The notes beneath the pieces were generated by a model. That model saw nothing but the letters and a program-made list of their open reading frames with translations, had not been told where the DNA came from and searched no databases. The position numbers and the translations under genes were made by a program. 37,341 nt of DNA, taken from Oscillospiraceae bacterium (GTDB taxonomy: Bacteria > Bacillota > Clostridia > Oscillospirales > Oscillospiraceae). The stretch covers positions 2,242-39,582 of the forward strand of contig JAUNGH010000001.1 of assembly GCA_030524605.1 (NCBI GenBank), read 5' to 3'. Positions 1 to 6,911 of the stretch are shown here, one piece after another (position 1 is the stretch's first letter; each line of letters begins with the position of its first letter).

Positions 1-1082
1 TGGGCAACGACCTGAACGCCTACATCGCCGCCGGGGTTTACTCCGACCACGAGTGCCACGACCTGAACGACGCTATCGCCAAGCTGGAGCGGGGCCAGTT
101 CATCATGATCCGGGAGGGCACCGCCGCCCGGAACCTGGAGGCCCTGGCCCCCCTGCTGTGCGACAAATACAGCGAGCGGTGCATGTTCTGCACCGACGAC
201 AAGCACCCCAACGACCTGCTGGAAAAGGGCCACATCGACTACATCGTGAAACGCGCCATCTCCCTGGGTACGGACCCCATCACCGCCGTGAAGGTGGCCT
301 GCCACAATGCCGCCCGGTACTTCCTGCTGAACAACCGGGGCGCCATCGCGCCGGGGTATCTGGGGGACTTCGTCATCATCGACAATTTCCAGGACTTCAA
401 CATCGAAAAGGTCTTTAAAAAGGGCGAGCTGATGGTGGAGAACGGCGTGGTGAAGGACTTCCCCGAGCCGGAGATCGAGCAGTACCTGGTGGACCGGGCC
501 CACAGCACCTTCCACGTGGGGACGCTGACGGCGGAGGACTTCATCGACCACCGCCCCCGGGGCATTATCGGCATGGTGGACGGCGAGATCACCACCGTGG
601 ACGCCGGGTACTCCGACCGCATCGACGTGGAGTACGACGTGCTGAAGGTAGCCGTGGTGGAGCGCCACAAGAACACCCACCACATCGGCGTCGGCTTCCT
701 CCAGGGCTACGGGCTGAAATCCGGCGCGGTGGCAACCTCCGTCTCCCACGACTCCCACAACATCATTGTCGTGGGCACCAATGAGGCCGATATGGCCGCT
801 GCAGTGAACCGGGTGGTGGAACTGAACGGCGGCATCGTGGTGTGGGACGGCGGCAAGCCTGCGGCGGAGGTGCCTCTGGCCATCGCGGGCATCATGAGCG
901 ACGAGCCGCTGGTAGAGGTCAATGAAAAGCTGGAGCGGGCCAAGGAGGTGGCCCACGGCCTGGGCGTGGGCCGGGGCATCGACCCGTTCATGACATTGAG
1001 CTTCATGGCCCTGCCGGTGATCCCCTCCCTGCGCATCACCACAAGAGGCGTGTTTGATGTGACCAGCCAGAGCTATGTGTAA
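1..1082 (+). CDS. ade: Adenine deaminase, 5'-truncated by the window edge
   Basis: The frame is open from base 3 (GNDLNAYIAAGVYSDHEC...MIREG). Motifs CTDDKHP, SVSHDSHN and DPFMTLSFMALPVIP are typical of AdeC. Confidence 0.95.
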   Translation, partial: GNDLNAYIAAGVYSDHECHDLNDAIAKLERGQFIMIREGTAARNLEALAPLLCDKYSERCMFCTDDKHPNDLLEKGHIDYIVKRAISLGTDPITAVKVACHNAARYFLLNNRGAIAPGYLGDFVIIDNFQDFNIEKVFKKGELMVENGVVKDFPEPEIEQYLVDRAHSTFHVGTLTAEDFIDHRPRGIIGMVDGEITTVDAGYSDRIDVEYDVLKVAVVERHKNTHHIGVGFLQGYGLKSGAVATSVSHDSHNIIVVGTNEADMAAAVNRVVELNGGIVVWDGGKPAAEVPLAIAGIMSDEPLVEVNEKLERAKEVAHGLGVGRGIDPFMTLSFMALPVIPSLRITTRGVFDVTSQSYV

Positions 1083-1091
1083 AGCTTCATA

Positions 1092-1126
1092 AAAAAGCCC
1101 GGAGGCCATGGGTCTCCGGGCTTTTT
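1092..1126. terminator. Bidirectional intrinsic terminator
   Basis: AAAAAGCCCGGAG...CTCCGGGCTTTTT lies between convergent genes. Confidence 0.9.
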
Positions 1127-1130
1127 CCGT

Positions 1131-1946
1131 TTATTCCGCGGGGCTTGCGACAAGGAAGAGCATGTCGCTGCCGCCCTCTTCCTCGGGGAAGGCATTGTAC
1201 ATAGTGAAGTTGTACATCAGGCGCTCGGCGGGATAGACGCCGTAGCCGTCCTGGTTGTGGTCGGTGGTGTCGTAGGGGTCCGCCACCAGGAACACGTCGT
1301 CCTGTTCCGTCTCGGTTCCCATGGTGTCATAGCCGATGATGACCTGCCAGTGGCCGCCCCAGTCGTTCCAGCAGATCATGACGGGCTTGCCCTCAGACAG
1401 CCAGCCCCGGATGTCGTCCATCCAGATGCCGTCCGGATAGTCGTAGGTCGTGACCATATCAAAACCGCCTACGCCCTCGAAGATGTCCATCGCCTGGTTC
1501 AGCGTGGTCCCGGGATAGCCCTCCAGCTCCGTGCCGTCCAGAGAGTGGCGCAGGGCGGCCAGGGTCTCCTCGTTCCAGTCCCCCAGCTTGCCGTACCACT
1601 CCAGCACCATCAGGGCGGAGGTCACGCCGCAGGCCCACTCGCTGGTCTGCTGCTGGGTCTTGAAGTTGTGAAGGACCGTCAGGGTGTCTGTGGACTCCAG
1701 ATTATAGACGTCGGGATGGGCGAAGTAGGGGGAGTTCTCATGGTCTCCGTCCCGCTCCACGGAATCCGCGCCGTCCTCCGGGGACAGGTCCACTGCGTAG
1801 GGGATTTTCATTTCATCAGAAAAGTTTTCCGCCGCTGCGGAGGTTGCTGCGGTCTCGGCGTTGTCAGCCGGTGTGTCATTGGCGCATCCGCTCAAAATTC
1901 CCAATACCATTGCAAGGGTCAGCGCCAGGGTGACTGTTTTTTTCAT
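1131..1946 (-). CDS. Lipoprotein with a papain-like/peptidase C39-like domain (271 aa)
   Basis: RBS AAAGGAG before ATG 1946; signal peptide MKKTVTLALTLAMVLGILSG-C (lipobox); Q..C (QQQTSEWACG), H (GGHWQVIIGYD) and D (VADP) triad pattern. Confidence 0.8.
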   Translation of the reverse strand: MKKTVTLALTLAMVLGILSGCANDTPADNAETAATSAAAENFSDEMKIPYAVDLSPEDGADSVERDGDHENSPYFAHPDVYNLESTDTLTVLHNFKTQQQTSEWACGVTSALMVLEWYGKLGDWNEETLAALRHSLDGTELEGYPGTTLNQAMDIFEGVGGFDMVTTYDYPDGIWMDDIRGWLSEGKPVMICWNDWGGHWQVIIGYDTMGTETEQDDVFLVADPYDTTDHNQDGYGVYPAERLMYNFTMYNAFPEEEGGSDMLFLVASPAE

Positions 1947-2012
1947 TGTCGATCTCCTTTTCGGGGAATGTCCCCGTATCCGATTTCGTATGCAGCCGCA
2001 CACGATGGGACT

Positions 2013-2041
2013 ATTATAGGTGCACACCCCCACTCCTTCAA
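2013..2041 (-). promoter_or_regulatory. sigmaA-type promoter of the C39-like lipoprotein gene
   Basis: TTGAAG-N17-TATAAT on the minus strand. Confidence 0.7.
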
Positions 2042-2054
2042 TGCATAAATCTGT

Positions 2055-2085
2055 AAAAAAAGCAGGGCCGACGCCCTGCTTTTTT
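2055..2085. terminator. Intrinsic terminator
   Basis: AAAAAAAGCAGGGC-CGAC-GCCCTGCTTTTTT. Confidence 0.85.
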
Positions 2086-2262
2086 GGAGTTTTAGGATAG
2101 GTCTCCCAAATGGAACAGCCTCTCCGCCGCCCGGGCTGTCACCCATCCGGCTCCAACGGCAGATGGGAAACGGCGGCAAGCCTGCGGCGGATGCCCAAAG
2201 CCTAGATGCAGGCAGCCAAAGCCGCATATAGAAATGAGAAAAAGTCCGGCGCTCAGCACTCC

Positions 2263-2457
2263 TTACAAATAATACCATATCGGCAGCGCGCACGCGCCCA
2301 CAATCACCAGCAGGCTCACAGCGGCGCCCATGCCCCTTCCGATCTCATTTCCCTCTCCGGTCACCGCTGCTTTCACAGCGGAGATCAGACAGAAGACAAA
2401 TGTGAACACAGCAAAGGGCCACAGGTAAGCGCACAATTCCATGAGAAATTGTATCAT
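2263..2457 (-). CDS. Small hypothetical membrane protein (~64 aa, two hydrophobic segments)
   Basis: RBS AGGAG 10 nt before ATG 2457; hydrophobic stretches LWPFAVFTFVFCLISAV and MGAAVSLLVIVGACALPIWYYL. Confidence 0.6.
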   Translation of the reverse strand: MIQFLMELCAYLWPFAVFTFVFCLISAVKAAVTGEGNEIGRGMGAAVSLLVIVGACALPIWYYL

Positions 2458-2565
2458 CGTATTCACACTCCTGAATGTTCTTTCTCAGCAAGCCCGAAGA
2501 GCCCTTTCCTCTTCCAGCCGGGCATTGTTCCTATCGCAAACCACAGCACCCAGGAAAAAGAGGCG

Positions 2566-3102
2566 TTACGCCATGTTCTCCACCGTGATCTGGCACACCT
2601 GCATGGCAGCCAGGGCGTTCCGGTGGCTCTCCGGCGTCACCCCCGCGCAGCAGCCCGCGTCCACCGCGATCTCCGCCTCCGGCAAAAACGCCTTGATGAG
2701 CAGGGCGTTGGAGATGACGCAGATGTCCGTGCACAGGCCGATGAGGGTGACCTTCTCCACAGGCTCTTTTTCCTGTAGCGCCGCCAGGGCCTCCCCCAGC
2801 CGTCTGCTGCCGAAGGTCGGCTTGTCCAGCACCTGCCGCCCCACGGTATACTCCCGCAGCTGCTCCACGATCTCCCAGCCCTCCGTCCCCCGGATGCAGT
2901 GGGGCACCGGCAGCTTCTTCCCCTCCTGGGTGCCCAGGTAGTCCGGCGTATGGGTGTCCCGGGTAAACAAAATCTCCTCTCCCCGGTTGACGCCGTCCAC
3001 CACCCGGCCCACCACATAGGGCACGATGGCCCGGGCCTCCGCCGTACCCAGCGCGCCGCTGACAAAGTCGTTCTGCATGTCCACGACCACCAAAACGTCC
3101 AT
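2566..3102 (-). CDS. Isochorismatase-family cysteine hydrolase, nicotinamidase/PncA-like (178 aa)
   Basis: RBS GGAGGT before ATG 3102; VVDMQNDF, DTH...HC, DKPTFG and TDICV give the Asp-Lys-Cys triad plus metal ligands. Confidence 0.88.
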   Translation of the reverse strand: MDVLVVVDMQNDFVSGALGTAEARAIVPYVVGRVVDGVNRGEEILFTRDTHTPDYLGTQEGKKLPVPHCIRGTEGWEIVEQLREYTVGRQVLDKPTFGSRRLGEALAALQEKEPVEKVTLIGLCTDICVISNALLIKAFLPEAEIAVDAGCCAGVTPESHRNALAAMQVCQITVENMA

Positions 3103-3132
3103 ATCCGCATACCTCCCGCATGTTTTTCCCCG

Positions 3133-3141
3133 ATTATAGCA
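3133..3141 (-). promoter_or_regulatory. Extended -10 promoter for the cysteine hydrolase gene
   Basis: TGcTATAAT on the minus strand; the -35 is weak. Confidence 0.55.
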
Positions 3142-3191
3142 GAGCCGCCCTGTAAAATCCACCGAAACTTTCACTTTCTCCCGTGAAAGTA

Positions 3192-3220
3192 TTGACTTTC
3201 ACGCGGCAGTCCGTTACCAT
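3192..3220 (+). promoter_or_regulatory. sigmaA-type promoter of the NSS transporter, overlapped by an inverted repeat
   Basis: TTGACT-N17-TACCAT; CGTGAAAGT-ATTG-ACTTTCACG (3182-3203) overlaps the -35. Confidence 0.7.
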
Positions 3221-3312
3221 AGAACTGTCCCGGGGACGGGGATTCGGAACGGCGCTGCACCGTTCCCTTTTTTCGCCCCCGGGCCGCCTGAGAACGAAAA
3301 GGAGACCATTGC

Positions 3313-4671
3313 ATGAAACGTGAGAGCTTCCAATCCCGCCTGGGCTTTTTGCTGGTGAGCGCGGGCTGCGCCATCGGCATCGGAAACGTCTGGAAATTCC
3401 CCTACGTCACCGGAGAGAACGGCGGCGGCGTGTTCGTCCTGTTCTACCTGCTGTTCCTGATCGTCATGGGTGTGCCCGTGCTGACCATGGAGCTGGCGGT
3501 GGGCCGCGCCAGCCGCAAAAGCGCCGTTCTGGCCTACCGGGCTCTGGAGCCCAGGGGCAGCAAATGGCACATCCACGGCTGGTTCTGCGTGGCGGGCTGC
3601 TATCTGCTGATGATGTACTACACCACCGTGTCCGGCTGGATGCTGGGGTACTTTTTCAAATTCGCCGCAGGCTCCTTCACCGGGCTTGCGGGGGACGCCG
3701 TTGACGGCGTGTTCTCCGCCATGCTGGCAGATCCCGGCGAGATGGCGGTCTGGATGGCCGTCACCGTGCTGGCGGGCTTTCTGGTGTGCAGCTTCGGCCT
3801 GCAAAACGGCCTGGAGCGCATCACCAAGGTGATGATGCTGGGCCTGCTGGGCCTGATCGTGGTGCTGGCGGTCCACAGCCTGCTGCTGCCCGGCGCGGCG
3901 GAGGGCGTGAAATTCTATCTGCTGCCGGACTTCGCCCGGGCCGCCGAAATGGGCCTGGGCCGGGTCGTCACCGCCGCAATGAACCAGGCGTTTTTCACCC
4001 TGAGCCTGGGCATCGCCGCCATGGAGATCTTCGGCAGCTATATGTCCAGGGACAACACCCTCACCGGCGAGGCCGTCCGCATCTGCTCCCTGGACACCTT
4101 CGTGGCCCTGATGAGCGGCCTCATCATCTTCCCCGCCTGCTTCTCCTTCGGCGTTCAGCCGGACGCCGGCCCCTCCCTGATCTTCATGACGCTGCCCAAG
4201 GTATTCGTCAGCATGGCGGGCGGCCGCCTGTGGGGCGCGCTGTTCTTCCTGTTCATGACCTTCGCCAGCTTCTCCACCGTCATCGCCGTGTTCGAAAACC
4301 TGCTGTCCAGCTGCATCGACAACTTCGGCTGGTCCCGGAAAAAGGCGTCCGCCGTCAACTGCGTGTTCATCCTGCTGGCCAGCCTGCCCTGCGTGCTGGG
4401 CTATAACCTCTGGTACTTCGAGGCATCCCTGCCCGGCGGCGTGGGCCAGGTGCTGGACATCGAGGACTTTCTGGTCAGCAACCTGCTGCTCCCCCTGGGC
4501 TCCCTGGTGTACCTGCTGTTCTGCGTGACCCGCTGGGGCTGGGGCTTCGACAAATACCTGGAGGAAGCCAACACCGGCGCGGGCCTGAAAATGCCCCGCT
4601 GGCTGAAGCCCTATTTCCAGTTCGCGCTCCCCATCCTGATCCTGGTCATTCTGATCCAGGGCCTGATCTGA
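3313..4671 (+). CDS. Sodium-dependent transporter, NSS/SNF family
   Basis: RESFQSRLGFLLVSAGCAIGIGNVWKFPY, GGGVF and QAFFTLSLG signatures; many TM helices; RBS AAAGGAG. Confidence 0.93.
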   Translation: MKRESFQSRLGFLLVSAGCAIGIGNVWKFPYVTGENGGGVFVLFYLLFLIVMGVPVLTMELAVGRASRKSAVLAYRALEPRGSKWHIHGWFCVAGCYLLMMYYTTVSGWMLGYFFKFAAGSFTGLAGDAVDGVFSAMLADPGEMAVWMAVTVLAGFLVCSFGLQNGLERITKVMMLGLLGLIVVLAVHSLLLPGAAEGVKFYLLPDFARAAEMGLGRVVTAAMNQAFFTLSLGIAAMEIFGSYMSRDNTLTGEAVRICSLDTFVALMSGLIIFPACFSFGVQPDAGPSLIFMTLPKVFVSMAGGRLWGALFFLFMTFASFSTVIAVFENLLSSCIDNFGWSRKKASAVNCVFILLASLPCVLGYNLWYFEASLPGGVGQVLDIEDFLVSNLLLPLGSLVYLLFCVTRWGWGFDKYLEEANTGAGLKMPRWLKPYFQFALPILILVILIQGLI

Positions 4672-4674
4672 ATC

Positions 4675-4705
4675 AAGCGGACAGCCGAAAGGCTGTCCGC
4701 TTTTT
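4675..4705 (+). terminator. Intrinsic terminator
   Basis: AAGCGGACAGCC-GAAA-GGCTGTCCGCTT followed by a T tract. Confidence 0.9.
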
Positions 4706-4781
4706 CTCGTGCGGTTGAAGATATTTTACAAGCCTTCTGTCCCGCGCTGTGGTATCATAGCGCCATCAAGGAGGTATCCCC

Positions 4782-5633
4782 ATGGAAAAGCCCGCTAAAA
4801 CCGTGGCCGCGGACCGCGCCCTGCAAATCGAAGCCTATCGCTTTCAGGGGCTGGCCCGGCCCTTCCCCCTGCACTTCCACCCCCACTATGTGCTGGGGCT
4901 GGTGGAACAGGGCGTCCGGCGTCTCACCTGCAAGGGACGGGAATACGCTCTTGGGCCGGGGCAGCTGTTTCTGCTGAACCCCGGCGACAGCCATGCCTGC
5001 ACCCAGTGCGGCGTGGAGCCGCTGGATTACCGCAGCGTCACCGTCCCCATCGAGACGATGCTGGACCTGGCGGAGGATCTGGCCGGGGTCAGGCGGCTGC
5101 CGGTGTTCCCCGCCCCCGTTATCGACGACCCGGAGACCGCCTGCCAGCTCCGCGTCCTCCACGGGCTGCTGTTCACAGACAGCGGCAGGTTCGCCAGGGA
5201 GGAGGCCCTGCTTCTGCTGACAGCGGGCCTGCTGGAACGGCACAGCCCCCTCCCGCCCCCCGCGTGTCCGGCGTGCCGGGCGGAGGTAGACCGGGCCTGC
5301 GCGTACATGGAGGAGCATTTCCCGGAGCGGATCGGCCTGGAGCAGCTGTGCCGCCATGTGGGCCTGAGCAGGTCCACGCTGCTGCGGGCCTTCACCCAGG
5401 CCCGGGGGCTGACGCCCTACCGCTACCTTGAGACCGTCCGGGTCAACGCGGCGAAGCGGCTGCTGGAGCAGGGGGCCTCGCCCCTGGACGCCGCCCTGCA
5501 GACGGGCTTTTCCGACCAGAGCCACTTCACCAACTACTTCACCAGTTTCATCGGCGTCTCCCCCGGGACATACCGGGACATTCTCCGGGGCCGGCGGGGT
5601 ACAAAGGAGGAACCGCATGGACCATCAGAATGA
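4782..5633 (+). CDS. AraC-family transcriptional regulator
   Basis: Cupin FPLHFHPHY and C-terminal double HTH (GFSDQSHFTNYF...GVSPGTYR); RBS AAGGAGG. Confidence 0.93.
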   Translation: MEKPAKTVAADRALQIEAYRFQGLARPFPLHFHPHYVLGLVEQGVRRLTCKGREYALGPGQLFLLNPGDSHACTQCGVEPLDYRSVTVPIETMLDLAEDLAGVRRLPVFPAPVIDDPETACQLRVLHGLLFTDSGRFAREEALLLLTAGLLERHSPLPPPACPACRAEVDRACAYMEEHFPERIGLEQLCRHVGLSRSTLLRAFTQARGLTPYRYLETVRVNAAKRLLEQGASPLDAALQTGFSDQSHFTNYFTSFIGVSPGTYRDILRGRRGTKEEPHGPSE

Positions 5634-6039
5634 AAAATGCGTCATGATTATCGACGGAGCCCTCCCGCCCGGCGTGGCCGCCAACACGGCGGCGATCCTG
5701 GGCATCACCCTGGGAAAGCAGGCGCCCCAGGCCGTGGGGGAGGACGTTCTGGACAGCGCAGGCAGGCGGCATCCGGGCATCATCGCCTTTCCTGTGCCCA
5801 TCCTGCGCGGGGACGGCGAGAGCATCCGGGCCCTGCGGGAAAAGCTGTATGAGCCGCAGTACGCCGCCCTGACGGTGGCGGATTTCTCAGACTTCGCCCA
5901 GGGCTGCCGGACCTATGCGGAGTATATGGACGGCCTGCGGGCCGTGCCGGAGGAGGGCCTCCGCTATCTGGGGATCGCCATCTGCGGGGAGAAAAGGCTG
6001 GTCAGCAAGCTGACGGGCAGCCTGCCGCTGCTGCGATAA
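5617..6039 (+). CDS. DUF2000-family protein (140 aa)
   Basis: RBS AAAGGAGG before ATG 5617, overlapping the AraC end; KCVMIID..LP.GVAANTAAILG...HPG...PVPIL...KLTGSLPLLR pattern. Confidence 0.85.
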   Translation: MDHQNEKCVMIIDGALPPGVAANTAAILGITLGKQAPQAVGEDVLDSAGRRHPGIIAFPVPILRGDGESIRALREKLYEPQYAALTVADFSDFAQGCRTYAEYMDGLRAVPEEGLRYLGIAICGEKRLVSKLTGSLPLLR

Positions 6040-6046
6040 CGGGCAA

Positions 6047-6083
6047 ACAAGCCGCCGAATGACTTCGGCGGCTTGTCCTTTTT
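6047..6083. terminator. Intrinsic terminator between convergent genes
   Basis: ACAAGCCGCCGAA-TGAC-TTCGGCGGCTTGT followed by a T tract. Confidence 0.85.
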
Positions 6084-6085
6084 CC

Positions 6086-6673
6086 CTACAGCTTCATCTC
6101 AAACAGCCCGTCCCGGGAGCAGCAGAGATACAGCCTCCCGCCGCCCCGCAGCTGGGGGATACGGAACTCGCCGCCCTGCTCCGGGTACAGCCGCACCAGC
6201 AGCACCCGCTCCGTGGCAACATACGCGGCGAAGCGGAAAAAGTGGTTCTTCTCCATGGGGTGGCGGAAGGTGACGTACCAGTCCTCCTCCACCTCCTGCA
6301 CCGCCACGGCGTGGGCCTCGTCCACAGGGCGGGCCGCCAGGGGCTCCAATCTCCGGCCGCAGCAGTTCACCTCCCCGCCGCCGGTGGCGGTCAGGATGTT
6401 GCCGCAGTCCGGACATACATAGAATTTCAGTCTCTTCATATTTCCTCCGTCGTTTTTCTCCCGGGCCAGCTCCCCGGCCAGAAGCCCCTCCACACTGACG
6501 CCGAACATGGCGGACAGCGCCGGCAGCAGACTCACGTCCGGGCAGCCCAGGCACCGCTCCCACTTGCTGACGGCCTGGGCGCTGACGTGCAGCCCCTCCG
6601 CCACCTGGCGCTGGGTCAGCCCCCGCTCCTTCCGCAGCCGGGCCAGCAGGGCGCCGGTCTCTCTTGCGTCCAT
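6086..6673 (-). CDS. XRE-family HTH protein fused to a desulfoferrodoxin/superoxide-reductase-like domain (195 aa)
   Basis: RBS AGGAGG 8 nt before ATG 6673; LRKERGLTQRQVA...VSAQAVSKWE HTH, then FYVCPDCGN...CCG (desulforedoxin-like) and HPMEKNH (SOR-like). Confidence 0.85.
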   Translation of the reverse strand: MDARETGALLARLRKERGLTQRQVAEGLHVSAQAVSKWERCLGCPDVSLLPALSAMFGVSVEGLLAGELAREKNDGGNMKRLKFYVCPDCGNILTATGGGEVNCCGRRLEPLAARPVDEAHAVAVQEVEEDWYVTFRHPMEKNHFFRFAAYVATERVLLVRLYPEQGGEFRIPQLRGGGRLYLCCSRDGLFEMKL

Positions 6674-6691
6674 CTCCATCACCTCCTGCTC

Positions 6692-6734
6692 AGGATACCC
6701 GATGCGCCGCAATTTTGCAAGCAACGCTCCGTTG
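6692..6734 (-). promoter_or_regulatory. Promoter and adjacent palindrome for the HTH-desulfoferrodoxin gene
   Basis: TTGCAA-N17-TATCCT (6720-6692); CAACG-CTC-CGTTG palindrome at 6722-6734 immediately upstream. Confidence 0.55.
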
Positions 6735-6833
6735 ATATGACAGCGGATGTGCAAAAACCTGCTGTTTTTCCGGTCCGCTTCTTGTTCAGTCCGCCAAATC
6801 TGCAAGTTTTGACATCTTTTCTTGCAAAATTGC

Positions 6834-6862
6834 TTTTCAAGGATTTCCCTTTGTGCTATATT
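6834..6862 (+). promoter_or_regulatory. Promoter of the hydratase-icd operon
   Basis: TTTTCA-N17-TATATT with a TG extended -10. Confidence 0.55.
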
Positions 6863-6911
6863 AAGGGGCAAGAATCGCGGGGTCGCCCCGCGCTGCACAG
6901 GAGGTCCAACT

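Noticed and set aside
2086-2230. ykkC/guanidine- or ZTP-riboswitch-like fragment (GGGTGACAGCCCGGGCGG on the minus strand)
   Set aside because: The other conserved elements are missing, and the downstream gene has its own promoter past the terminator.
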